DNA of 56,708 bases, the filler included, from Sphacelaria rigidula (taxonomy: Eukaryota), in assembly GCA_964200075.2 (NCBI GenBank). It is 7 parts of 7 records of this genome, joined end to end, with 100 filler letters (N's around TTAATTAATTAA, not from the genome) between each part and the next. Parts side by side here need not be neighbours in the genome. Positions count along the whole stretch, not along the records: positions 16,233 to 24,248 come from CAXNAA020012634.1; positions 24,349 to 32,363 come from CAXNAA020012635.1; positions 32,464 to 40,478 come from CAXNAA020012636.1; 4 more parts are not named here. One strand, 5' to 3'. The position numbers and the translations under genes were made by a program. Every line of letters begins with the position of its first letter. The first letter of the stretch is position 1. Below the pieces are notes generated by a model. The model saw nothing but the letters and a program-made list of their open reading frames with translations, searched no databases and was not told where the DNA came from. This document shows, one piece after another, positions 23,391 through 35,800 of the stretch.

Positions 23391-26300
23391 ACCTCATATC
23401 ACATCAAAGTGGGGCGGGCTATCGTAGAAAATGTCTCTCATTAGGAATACCCCTAGCCTATCGGAATGCTAATTCTTGATATGTGCTCTCACATATTTCA
23501 TCAGTCGTTTTTGGGGTGAGATAGAGGACTCTCAACAATTTCAACCTAAGAAAATATTTGTGTGACCCTACCGTAGCACCCCTTCCTAGCTACTTCGTTC
23601 CAGAATTGAAACGATTTTTTGGGTATATATAATGTATTAGTCTTTTGTTATAGATTGCCCTGTGCCCAGGGCGCTTCTAGTTTCAACTTATTTCGATGTT
23701 TGTGACGTTGCGGTCTTGGATTGCGGCGGTGAAACCGGAGTGGTCTCGGCTGCGCCCTTGTTAGAAGTAGCTCTAAAATGAAGGTCTGCCGCACGCACCC
23801 GGGGTATGGTGGTGTGTCGTTGCACGGAAACGTATAGTTGTATTGAAGCATAGATCGTGTTCATGTTAGTTATCGCCGTCACCCTACATTCGCATGGGCC
23901 CGCAGCAAGCCGGTGCTGAGACGCGAGCCGTTTCCCGGAAAAATCCCGCTAGGTCGTCCCGCACTAGTCCCAGCCACTACCATACCTGTTTTCAAGTACA
24001 CGTAAAGGACTTGCTTCCCGCTATGCCATAGACTATAAGCTGCAAACTGCTGTTTGTCAGGCAGACAGGAGACAGCGCCAAGCGTCAAGCAGCTGCATGC
24101 TGGGCCGAGGGGCCCCATATCGGGAAAAGACGGCATCACCACCCCCCAGGCCGCCCAAACCTCATTCTGGGGCCGTGGGAGGGGAGGGGGGGGGGGGGCG
24201 CCTATTTCTTTGTTTCGCGTGGTGTTTGGCCATTTACCCGGCCTCCCTNNNNNNNNNNNNNNNNNNNNNNNNNNNNNNNNNNNNNNNNNNNNTTAATTAA
24301 TTAANNNNNNNNNNNNNNNNNNNNNNNNNNNNNNNNNNNNNNNNNNNNTGTCCCCTGGTCATCATCCAGGATCCTACATGCTACATCTACTACGCCTTGG
24401 TGTATTTTGGCTACAGGCCTTAAAAATGATGTAGTTTTCATCATACTGATAAGCACGACGACTCCGAGTGTAGAAACCAACTGAACAACAGGAACGTGAG
24501 CGACGACACCGGAAACAACAATGATCAGCACCGTCGTTGCAACTCCCGTCATCGCAACAACAACTGCAAGAACAGCAACGACAACGGCAACGACGACAAG
24601 AACATCAGCATCAACAAATTCGATGGACATCAGCACCAAGCCAATAGTGCCATCACCGATTCAGCTTCCACGGCCGTACCATCGAATTACCATGGTCAAG
24701 ATATTTCGACACCTTCCGCTCAAACAGTTACCGATACAGGTCAACCGTCAAACGGCATGGGATTTCCCTTATTTTGAGGTTCACATGTCACTGACAACCA
24801 CTGTGCACCAGATCAAATTTCCTTCAAGATGGCAGTTGACAGTGGCTACAGGGGGCTTTTTTGGATGATCAGCTTTTGCCGAATATCGAACGAGACGTGG
24901 TCGACTACGTGAAGCTTGATCCACCTATGACCATCCTTACTGCCGGACGTCATCTACTATATGGTACGGGAAGGGGCGTTATCACCACCATCGTCGCTGA
25001 TTCTGGAGGGATCGAGCGTTCTGCTCGGCTCCCGGCCGTAATTTTTCCGGGTCCCGCGGAACATCTGTTCTCGTCTGTAGAAGCACTGACGAAGGGTGTC
25101 TCGACGATTTTTTCTAGGAACTCCTACGTAGACCTTGGAATCTTCGAAGTGCCTAGCAACAGTGACTTCAGTGAAACACTTCTGTACATCCACTGAATAA
25201 CATTTCAGCGATCGAGGATCACCAACTGCAGCTCAGCACTGATGGCCACAACTATGTCAGAGGAACTTATGGGCATCGGCACTCTTCTTGTAGCAGAAAC
25301 AGTTCAAGACATGGCTGAAGTTTCAAAAGCCTTATCTGCCATGGTAGGAGCAGACATATGGCACAAGCGACTCGGACATCGTACGGAATAGGTGATGCTA
25401 CGTCTACAGATTAATTCTCAGTCAGGTGTAAGGGTCACTGCCGCCTTTGTGAAACCTGCAAAATCAGTAAGGGCAAACAGCGGAATCATCCCAAAACTGT
25501 AGACTCCACCAATATTTCGGAGCGACTGCAACTGGTCAGCCTGTCAGGACCCATTTCACCTGCTGCAATGGGGGACTACCGTCACATGGCAAAATTTACG
25601 GATTACTACACGTGGTTCAAGGTGATTTTCTTTATAAAGACAAAGGACGGAACCCTAACAACGCTCTTCCGGTTTATACAAGATCTGGCAATTCTTCGAG
25701 GGCTCCGCGCACACCTTCTACGGACAGACCGCGGTGGCGAATGTATTGCGGACTACTTCGGAAGATACTGCAAAACGACGGGTATTCTCCAAGAATTTAC
25801 AGCTCCGTGCACACCTCAACAAAATGGCATCTCCGAGCAAGACGGAATGACTATCCTGAATATTACGCGCTATCTCCAAAATGAAGCGAGTCTGCCGAAG
25901 ATGTTTGGGGGGAAATTGCGGGAACTGCGATCTTTGAGATCAACGGCTTGCCGCACACAAGTGTCGGGGAAGACGCCCCATATCATCGGATGTTTCTCGA
26001 GCAGCCGAAATTGTCGTTTTTGAGAACCATCGGTTCGAGGGCGTTTGTGCACAAGCAGCGTCGTCAAGGTAAATTAGAAAAACAGTTTGGGAAGGAGTAT
26101 TGGTAGGATATGATTCAGATAGTCCATCTTTCCGTATCTACGACGGCTACTCGAGAAGGATATCGAGCTCCCGCAACGTCACTTTCATGGAACAAGTAGT
26201 TGGAGCTCCTCACAGTGACGAAGATTCTTCTACACCAGACATCCAAAGGACCGATAGCTTCAAAGATGATCATTTACAGTACGACGAGACCAACGACTTG

Positions 26301-26789
26301 GACCTCAATATCCATGACGGAATCCCACAGCTAGAAGATATCACCATCGACGACATTTCACCAATCCAAAGTCCGCTAATCACACCAATGAAATTGCGTT
26401 CAACTGGCGGTGTCAAACACCACAAACGTCTGCACCGGTTAACCAACGTCAAGGCGGAGAACTGCGGCGACTACAATAGCTCTTACATCTACAGAGCAAT
26501 TACATACTACTACGACACGGCAAACCGTATGTGCCAGTGCAGCGGAACTGTGGGTATCGAACAGGTTGTGTCTCCCGCGTCCATTTCAGTCCCTGCTGAT
26601 TATAGCCAAGCATCCTATTCGCCTTATTATGCCAAACGTTGGAGAGTAAAAATGCTGGGCGAACTTCAAAGCATTAAAAACCACGAGGTGACCGACATCA
26701 CCCCTTCTAGTTTCGTACCTCCTAACAACAACACCATCGGCACGAGATGGGTCTTGCAAGTCAAGGCTGACGAACTATTTAAAGCTCGG

Positions 26790-27039
26790 GACTGCTGCCG
26801 AGATAGCCCCCCCCCAAAACCGGCCAAAAATGTGCACGGAGGCGATGATCATTAATGCCGTTATAGCTGGTTTCGTGTTCCACGACGCGACTTATTTGGG
26901 TATTATAGCTGATTTCGGACTGCTACAAGCCTTTCATGTGGGCAGCATTGCTGCAAATGGGCCTAATAGTGGGATCGCAGCCGGTTTGTCGGACGGTCCA
27001 CCGTGCACTTTTCGTGGGGGGGCTATCTCGGCATCAGTC
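26790..27039. mobile_element. 250-bp MITE, GAC...GTC TIRs, 4-bp TSD TCGG, inserted in copia RT
   Basis: TIRs are GACTGCTGCCGAGATAGCCCCC / GGGGGCTATCTCGGCATCAGTC. Removing the element and one TSD restores FKAR|LVGQG. A second copy starts at 56561. Confidence 0.92.
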
Positions 27040-27256
27040 TCGGCTAGTAGGTCAGGGATTGACTTAGAGGTATGGGGTCGACTCCGGAAGTACATTTGCT
27101 CCCGTTTGCCGGCTAAGAAGTCAGCGATTGCTATTGGCAATTGTCACTGCAAAGAGTTGGCCCATTTTAGCCCTCGATGTCCAAACAGTATTTCTCGACG
27201 GGAAGCTTCAAAAAACAAGTTTTTGCACACAAGCGCCTGGCTTTGAAACTCTAGAT

Positions 27257-27503
27257 GACACTTTCTACGACAGCCCACCCCCCCAAAAGTGCATGGTTTT
27301 GGAAGGCAAAATCTACACATAAATCGAAATGGGAAAAGCCGAGCACAACGAGCAGCTGGGAATTCCCACGCTTGCGTTCGTTTTAGCCAATGTTGCCAAT
27401 ATGAGGCGCCTCATGCGGCATGAACCCCAGCATCAGGCGCTGTACGGCCATTTTTTGTGACACGTTTGGGCTGGTTTTGTGGGGAGCTATCGTACAAAAT
27501 GTC
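27257..27503. mobile_element. 247-bp MITE, GAC...GTC TIRs, 4-bp TSD AGAT, inserted in copia RT
   Basis: TIRs are GACACTTTCTACGACAGC / GCTATCGTACAAAATGTC. Removal restores GFETLD|PTTKKPYV. An inverted copy lies at 55342-55598. Confidence 0.92.
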
Positions 27504-30236
27504 AGATCCCACGACAAAAAAACCGTATGTGATGCAGCTGAGGAGAGCTCTCTGTGGACTGCGTAATAAGTCTCCGAACGTATGGAACTCTACGATCGAC
27601 ACAGGGTCGCAAAACGTAGTTTTTTTCGTCACTGCAAGCGATCCATGTGTCTACGTGAGAGGGTCCCATGGTGGATACATGAATGTTGACATCGTTCGTA
27701 GATGGTATACTGATGACAGGACCGTCCATCAACCTGCAGCAGCAAGTGCAAGACGTGCTGAAGACAAAATTCCCCATATCTGAGCTAGGATACCGGCATC
27801 CCTGATCCTAGGTATTGGGATAATCAGAGATGAAGCACGAGGGGCTCTAAAGCTATCGCAGCACTATTACGTAGAATCCCTACTTGAAGTATTTGGGATG
27901 GAGTCATCTACCCGGTCCATACACCTGAGACCCCAGACCAACGGGTTGAAGACGCACCTGGAGACACCTTCCTGGAGCCGTCAGAAAAATGAAGTATCAA
28001 GCTATGGTTAGGAGCTTCATCTTTCTGGCGTGGAGCACAAGATTCGACATTACATCTAGTGTCTCTGAGGAAGCACGTCATATGGGCAAGTCGAATATTC
28101 ACTACTTAGCTGTTGGTAAGCGTGTGTTTCGCTATTCAAATGGGAAACCTTGTCTTCCCCTTCCTTACTCAACCTGCGACAAGGGCTTGGACTTGATAGG
28201 CTACTGTGATTGATCATATGGCAGTTCTGGAGTCCAGGGCAAAATGAGATCAACCACCGGCACAACGTTTTTCCTGGCGGATGAACCTGTTCACTTCTCC
28301 GCAAGCCTACAACGGATTCCAGCTACTTTAACAACCAAGGCAGGACTAACCGCCCTATCAAATTGCGGAAAATTTGAAACGTATCTCTTCAACTTCCTAC
28401 GAAAGCTTGGATGGTCATCTACTGAGCCTGCAAACTATATACTCGCACTCACAAGGCGCACTACATCTTTCGTCAAACGCCAACTACAGTTCCAGCTCCG
28501 AGCACCTGGTAACAAGGTGCTTCGATTTAGAGGATATGATTCGGACTGGACAACTGAAGATCAACCACCAACGGTCCGGACACCAGCTTGCAGACATCCT
28601 GACTAAGTTCTGCCCAACAATCGTACATCAAAGACTACTCGAAGCAGTGAGTGAGTTTGGGAGTAAATATCTTCAGCACTGAATATTACGTACGTCTCGA
28701 TCAAGGTGATTTTGCTTCGGGGACCCAACGCACATCAATTCACAACCCTCTTCCAATACCACAATACCACCACAGTCTTTGTATCTAACAGCATGAGTGG
28801 ACGTGCTAACTTCACCGCAAACGCCAGCAACGTCAACAACAAAAGACGGGCTCGCGCGGACCGAGACATTTTTCTCACCCTGGTTTGAACAGCCGCTCCC
28901 ACTTAACCAACGAGGGAGGCACCGAGGCATTACTATCAACGCTCGTGCCCGCCTCGGAAACCTACCACCACCACGACAAGTCATCCAAGGGGCTTCTAGT
29001 ACCTACATTGACTGGGAATTCAGAGTCTACCTGGTGCTGGATATCGTGATTCCTGGACAATCCTTGAAGGAGGAGCGGGCAATAATGGTGGAAGATCTTC
29101 GTACGTACGGTTCTATGTATTTTCGAGTGCATCCAACTATTTTGGATCTCATGAAGAGCTTACCCCAACTGTACATCCCAAAGGATGTGCTGTTTTTTAT
29201 GGATTACCGGATTTTCAACTTTCTAGTCAAGGCATAGTATAGGGAGCGACCCAGCGAATTTGACTCTTTCATGTTGAGCAGGATTCACGACGCACTCGTC
29301 GAGAGACTGCAGCCAATTAGGTCAGTGTCGCCCCCACACAGGCCAACCATTCATTATTGGGACCCCGGCGTGATCACAGGGATCTGAGACTTTGCAATTA
29401 CTCAGCGTAGTATGGTGATTGTAGAAGTGCAACCTCTCCACTGATGGTCGTCGGTCTGTCTCGGGGACAGTACCAAACACCATGAGCCAGTATTTCCAAC
29501 ACAATTCACCATAGTGCAAACTGATTGTCACTTTGCATCACACCCTGCGCTGAGAGGTGCCTGCTCTCCTGCATGCACGCTCCACGCTTATGCAGACCCC
29601 TCGGGAAAACTCCTCGTCCCGACAGCACAAAACGTCCAAAAATGCCATACTTACTGTGTTGCAAGCTGATATGGCAAAGCAATGATTCACAAACAGCCTA
29701 TACTCCGGGATGTGGTCATTTTCGACAAATGCTTCGACTTCGACGGGCGAGAAAAAACTTCAGCGACTTTTTACCACGTCAACGACATAAACTTGGGATC
29801 TAATCGCAGAGGTAGCCAGAGTCGCACAACGATTTGGTGAACATGGCGTCTCATATACGTGTGTTTGTGTGTGTGTTTCTTCACCCTCCAAGGTCGTACA
29901 CATTTGATCAGACGGTGGGGTATACTGTGTGCCGAAGGGCGTCAGCCTCCTCAGCTTGGTCGAGTAAGTAAGATGTTGTTCTGAACTTGCAGTGTATACG
30001 GTCGGACGGACGCCTCCACAAGTGCACGAATGTGGTATACAGGAACAACTTGGCAGCTGCGTTGTATATATCGCCATTGTGCACAGTTTGGGATTTTGCC
30101 GACAAGCAGTCGGTTTTGCCCAGTGTTAGCCACGACCATCGATCAAAGACAAAGAGTTGTTTTATCTATTGCGTCAAGTGCAGTGAGAATATGCATTGAA
30201 ATCCCGTATACGCGCAGGTAGGACAGCTTAACGAAA

Positions 30237-30287
30237 CCCGCTGGCCCTTAGCAGTCGTCCCGCTGACCCTTAGCAGTCATCCCGCTG
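30237..30287 (+). repeat. 22-bp tandem repeat (~2.3 copies)
   Basis: CCCGCTG(G/A)CCCTTAGCAGTC(G/A)T repeated. Confidence 0.8.
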
Positions 30288-32610
30288 TGCGTTCGACCAT
30301 ACGGTTACCCGAAAACAGCCACTTTGAGAAATATGAAAAAGTTCTTCGAATAGTCTGTATGCCGATTCTTGGCGACATGGTGGTTAACCTGACGACTCTT
30401 TCACCCCGAGAAAGTGCATGTACAAACAGGCAGCATCTTCCACCACGCCATAAATCCCACTGTTCGGATCTACAATATTCGTCCGTCTTATCCCAGGATT
30501 GACCCAGGGAACAATATGTGCACCCTTTTACAACTGACGTAGCGGTGTGTACATCCCGCTTCAAAAACTCCGCCGTCTTCATTCTCCCCATAACCTCTTA
30601 TCTTCCTCATTCTCTGGGTAATGACATTGCAAAATGATCGCAGGCGGTACGGGCCAACGCAGCTGTGGTCAACGGTATTACCGCCCGCTATCCTCTAGCT
30701 TTCCACAACTTCGTGAACAAATGTTTGCAGGGTGTATCGGTGAGTCACCTGCAGATATTACCTTGGGCTTTTAGAAGTGGTAGGTTCCAATCGTGTTGTT
30801 GCCTTAGGCACCACATCAATGATGTAGTGCATATGTCAGGGAACATGAAGAGTCGTGTCGTGTCCAGGCGCACCTTCATGGATATTTTGAACTTAGCTGC
30901 GGACTACGAGCCCGTGTTGGAGGCACTCTTTAGTGTCGGTGAGGCAGCAGAAGAACTGAAAGACACCAGACCCCCAAAAGAACTAGGATTGGGAGATCCT
31001 AGTACCTTGGCTACATCTCACTGTTACTGAAATGAAGAAGTTGGAGATACTCTCGAAATAGGTAGAGAGAGAGAGAGAAAGAGAGGCGGTACAAGGAAGG
31101 GTGGATAGAGGAGTAAAGAGTGGATGGGTAAAGTACTACTAGTGCTGGTACTCGGAGCCCGTAGTGCTATGACGAGAGTAGAGTTGAAAATGAAATGAAA
31201 TGAAGTAGACCTAAACTGTCTAGCAATAGGAAAAGTGAAGAGGAAGGCAGAACATATCCGAGTCACGCTAAAGCAGAGCGCGGGCAAGGAGTGGGAAAGG
31301 ATAGAAACACGTAAGGTGTCGGCATGGGTTAGAAGGATAGGATGGAGAGTATGCAGAGCAAATGGAACATCAAACCTAAGACAGTCCGCGGGTAAGCAAA
31401 AAAGTAGAGAAGCAGGAAAACATAAGTGCCCAGACGGGAAAGAGGGGGGAGGGGGGGCGGGCGTACGCATGTTTTGCTTGCCTCAGTCGTTTGGCCATTG
31501 GGGGGGGGGGATAGCGGCCCAAAGCAAGCAGACAAAGACCAAAGCGAAAGCGGGGAAAAATGTCAAGAAAGGGAAAGTAGAAGAGAAAGCTACGGAGAGA
31601 GAAAAACAGGTAAAAGGAGAGCGGATAATGACTTGAGAGATAAGTTGAGAAAAGAATCGTGGAACTTTTGTTGATTTGCGACTGACGAGCGCGAAGTAAT
31701 AGAGATGGCCGAACAAGTAAGTAACCGTGACCTGGATATACTGGGAATCCAAGAGTAATTGGAGGAGGAGAGGACGTATATATAATGAAAAGTCAGAGAA
31801 TAGCATGAATAGGGGTAAAGCCGAAGAGAAAGAACCCCAAGAACAGGGGAGCGGGAGGAGTAGGATTCTTGGTCGAGGAATACCTGTGTGACATCATGGA
31901 TGTGATCAAATACACAGAAGAGTAATGCCACGGTAGGGGTGCACTCTAAGGCCAAAATGTTTCTGAGACTGCACACTAAGGCCTAGATATGTGTCAAGAA
32001 GAGGCTTGTACAACAAAGAGCCCTGAGAAAAAAACGTGCACCCCAACCGTGCCATGGCTCAAACTTCGACGAGAGCATATGAATGAAAATACCAGGACAG
32101 CAGTAAACGAAAACAGTTCTCGTAGGGAATGTCTATATGCCCCCAGAATCGAATAGTACGGTAAACGATAAACAGCGGAGAGTTGGAGATATATACTCAG
32201 ATGAGATGAATGCGCAAATGCTAGAGAGGAGGTCAAAAGGTTGTAGGAAAGAAAGAAGGGGATATGGGAAAACAGACTTAAAAACACTGATAACAACAAA
32301 TTGTGAGAATTGAGGTTTAACTTCGAGATGAGGCTCAAGCCTAAAACAGTGCTTTCCCCACACNNNNNNNNNNNNNNNNNNNNNNNNNNNNNNNNNNNNN
32401 NNNNNNNTTAATTAATTAANNNNNNNNNNNNNNNNNNNNNNNNNNNNNNNNNNNNNNNNNNNNAACATGACTCTTGGCCCACTTATTTTGTTAATTATGC
32501 CTTAGAGAGCGCCCACACACGATTTCAATACGCAAACACCAAACGTGGGCCGGTGAATGGCCTGCAAAATACTGTTCCGAATTTCTTTTGACCCTGTCAC
32601 TAAACGGCCG

Positions 32611-32872
32611 ATTATACGGCCAATACTTGGAGCTGGACCCTGAAATTTGGTGTGGACAATGAGTAGGGCATCATAAAAAAACTTACTGGCGTGCACAAGG
32701 GAGTTTTTTTGTTTCATGAGTTAAGGGCAATACTCAGTTTTCAGATATCGGTAAAATGCCCCTGACTCATGAAAAAAAAATCCTTCGTGTACGGCAGTAG
32801 TTGTTTTTATTATGCCCTACTACTTGTCCATACCAAATTTCAGGGTCCAACTCCAAGTATTGGCCGTATAAT
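32611..32872. mobile_element. Foldback element with ~118-bp arms; family members at 668-866 and (upstream part, inverted) ~41885-42010
   Basis: ATTATACGGCCAATACTTGGAGCTGGACCCTGAAATTTGG is mirrored by CCAAATTTCAGGGTCCAACTCCAAGTATTGGCCGTATAAT. Confidence 0.85.
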
Positions 32873-35800
32873 GGGCCTGCAAACTGCAGAATCGCTTCTC
32901 GGCTGGCCCAGCTCGTATGGAGCGAGTGTTGGGCCTGAACTCCCGGCAGGAGAAGTACAATCGATACCGGTAGTTCGACAAGATTTTCGATTCCGACTGA
33001 CGGTAGATGATGCGGGGTGGTGGCGGTAACTTGAAGCTTGTACCTTACCGGGCGAGAGGCCAAAGGCTGTAATGCCCTGTGTCTAGAGGCTGCAATGCCG
33101 TACTGCTGTATCAAGTATTGTAAGTGTAGTGGCGTTTATTGTTTCCGCACGTGGGTTAGGTTGTTTGTGTGCAGGTTGTGGTCTCCAAGCTCAATAACTG
33201 AAGAAAAGCTTCATTTTTTTATTATAAATAATCAAGAAAACTTCGAATGACCAGCTTGTCGTCTTGTCCTCATGCTAGAAGGCGCGCCTCGTGAGGGGAT
33301 GCTGCCACAACGCCACAACAAGGACGGGAAAAGGGCACATAAAGCGCGCCTAATTTGCGCTAAAAAAGCCGAAAACGGGGCTTGAAAACAAAGAAGAAGT
33401 TCATAAAAACAAAAGACGGAGCTTGACTTTCAAGAAAAAAACGACCAATGTGGCATACGCTCAACATCGATATGCAGTAGAAAGTGCGAAGCAGCAGCAC
33501 CATCAATCAAACGGCCGACGTTTTCCCCCGTAAGCGCCAGTGAGTTAGACCCCACCCATGGGATGTGTTCCATTTTAGTAGTCATTATCAATTTCTGGTG
33601 AAAAATGAGTGATGGGGGTGCATCGTTCAACGTGCGTGATAGAGTACCTTAATCAAAACCGATGGACACCAAACTTCGGGAAATTATTGCTATCAAAACG
33701 TGTTCCAATGGGTTGAAAAATAAAATAAAACAATAGTTTTCGTGAACCGTAACCAATCAAACCGACTATTCTGTGTCTAACAGTCCGAATGGCAGGCTGC
33801 AACTATGACAACGCCTTAATGCTCTTGAACGTTGACGACTAAATGAGTAGGCATATATCATTTCTTGATACCCCCCCTCACCGGAAATAGCATCTTGAAA
33901 ATATCATACTCTACCACGATCATCTTCAATCAATAACATCAGTATAGTGTTCAAAAGTTAACGAACAGTATACTCACATTGAAGACACCAAACCTTGACT
34001 AACTAATTCCAAAGAAGCTGCAGATAGCACGTACAGCAGGCTAAGCTGATGTTTCCAACTTGTGATCAATTCAGCACTCCAGGCTGATGTTCGCAACATG
34101 TGATCAATTTTCAGCATTTCACGAGGAAATGTGTAGCCCCGGAACACTCTTCTCCCAACGAGTGATCAGGTGATACTCTTGCACACCCGAGTTTTGCGAG
34201 CCCCCAACCATCCTGGCACAAGCGACGCGCGTTCGCCAATGGTGTGGCGTGCCTGCATCAGCGCCTTTGAAACTGAAGGCTTGAATGTATGAGCAACAAA
34301 CAAATACGTTCGACATTGGTTCATCAATCTATGGCGACCACGTGTGACCACATTAAAGAAGGAGAACCTTTTGAGGAAAACGTACACCGCCTCAGCACGT
34401 CTACTCTCGCCAATTCTGGATACCTCACGATTCAATTCCTGTCCGCCGGAAATGAAGCATAAATCCGAAAAATGACCAGAGTTGGAGATAAAAAACGACA
34501 ACACAGCAAAGGAAAAGTACATGGAATGTAGGTGAGGGCGAGTAGGGTGTGTATGTGTGTATGTGCTCATGATCTGGCATGCCGTACTTCCATGAAGAAG
34601 CGTCGTGGAGTGTTCGTCGAGTCGCCGGAAGGGTGAGCCGCATCTTGCTGTGATTGGTCACCCCAAAGCGTACTGATTATCTTGCATATTGATGACAGCC
34701 TCCATTGAGTTACTTCGTTTACTGGTATCGCCACTGCTAGAGATAGCCACGGGTGACACACTGCCTCATCATGGGTGTTCCGGGATTTAAATACCACGTA
34801 GTACGATCATCCCGTTTGCGCGGAATCGAGGCTCTCCCACCCCCACAACATGAACCACCATCATGGTTACCGCAACAAAAACGCTAGCGCGAAAGAGACG
34901 GAAACCTGGTCAACTAGCCTACACAGTGTGAGGCATGCCTTACAGCGTCGTTGCCAACCGATGTTGACCCTCAAATAGGAGGAGGAGCGTACCCTTTTTT
35001 CTCTTGCCTCGGTCGATTGACCATCAAGCACGCATCCCTGTTGAGACGGAGCACCCGTGGGGGAGGGGGTGGGGTAATGAAACCGAAATGACTGTCGACT
35101 GTAGAGACCAAATCAAACGTGGAATTTTGATTTTTCTGCTACCGGTTTTGGCCAAAACGCGTGCTCGACTTGCTGTATATATGCATTTGTGATCGAACCA
35201 CCGGGGCAGGGAGGACGTCGGTCGTTTCCCGTTGTTTCGTGTTTTTTCAGGACTCTAGACACTCCGCGTGCCTCCTGAAGCACACCTTTTCTCATCAACC
35301 CTTCACCTGACCGTTGACAAAAAACACAAATTCAAAGAACGAGCACGGTGACGACACTAGCTTCGAGGAAAGCGATTATTCCCAAGGCTAAGCCCAACAC
35401 TCGCCCCCGAAGAAAGTAGGCGGTGAACCTCCAGGGTCGGTGGGTTTTTGGTGCCCAAGTCTCGAGATACCTCTTCGAGCGTGGCTGCACGCGTATTATA
35501 GATTTTGGAATTAACCGCCAAATTTAATCACTTGGGAACAGACTGAAACGAATCTGGAAACCAGTGTGTACAATGTGCTGAGTCGAAAAAAAATGAAAGC
35601 GATGGTTGTGTTGGCTAGAGCTGCTGAGAGGTTCGCAGACGCGTCGGTTGTTGCGCTTGTCGTCGGTCGTCCAGTTCTTCACCTCAGTTAAAAGTGAGGT
35701 GAAGCAAGCTTTTCGTCCGTCATAGTCGCAGACGGGGTCAGAGATGTCGTCGTTCTTCCAGTGGTCGCTGGTCCAAGATGTTGGTGGTGGGGCAAGAGTG

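Larger units (their letters stand above)
24780..28682 (+). mobile_element. Degenerate Ty1/copia LTR retrotransposon pol (PR-IN-RT-RNase H)
   Basis: AVDSG protease; WHKRLGH and CETCKISK zinc finger; integrase LRTDRGGE, PQQNGISE; LVGYDS; RT IGTRWV..K...FKARLVGQG, LDVQTVFLDG, DPCVY; RNase H GYCD, RSTTG, QLADILTK. Many frameshifts. Confidence 0.95.

Noticed and set aside
35640..35770. Possible minus-strand exon (DHWKNDDISDPVCDYDGRKACF...)
   Set aside because: An acceptor-like context exists, but the donor is weak and there is no recognisable homology.
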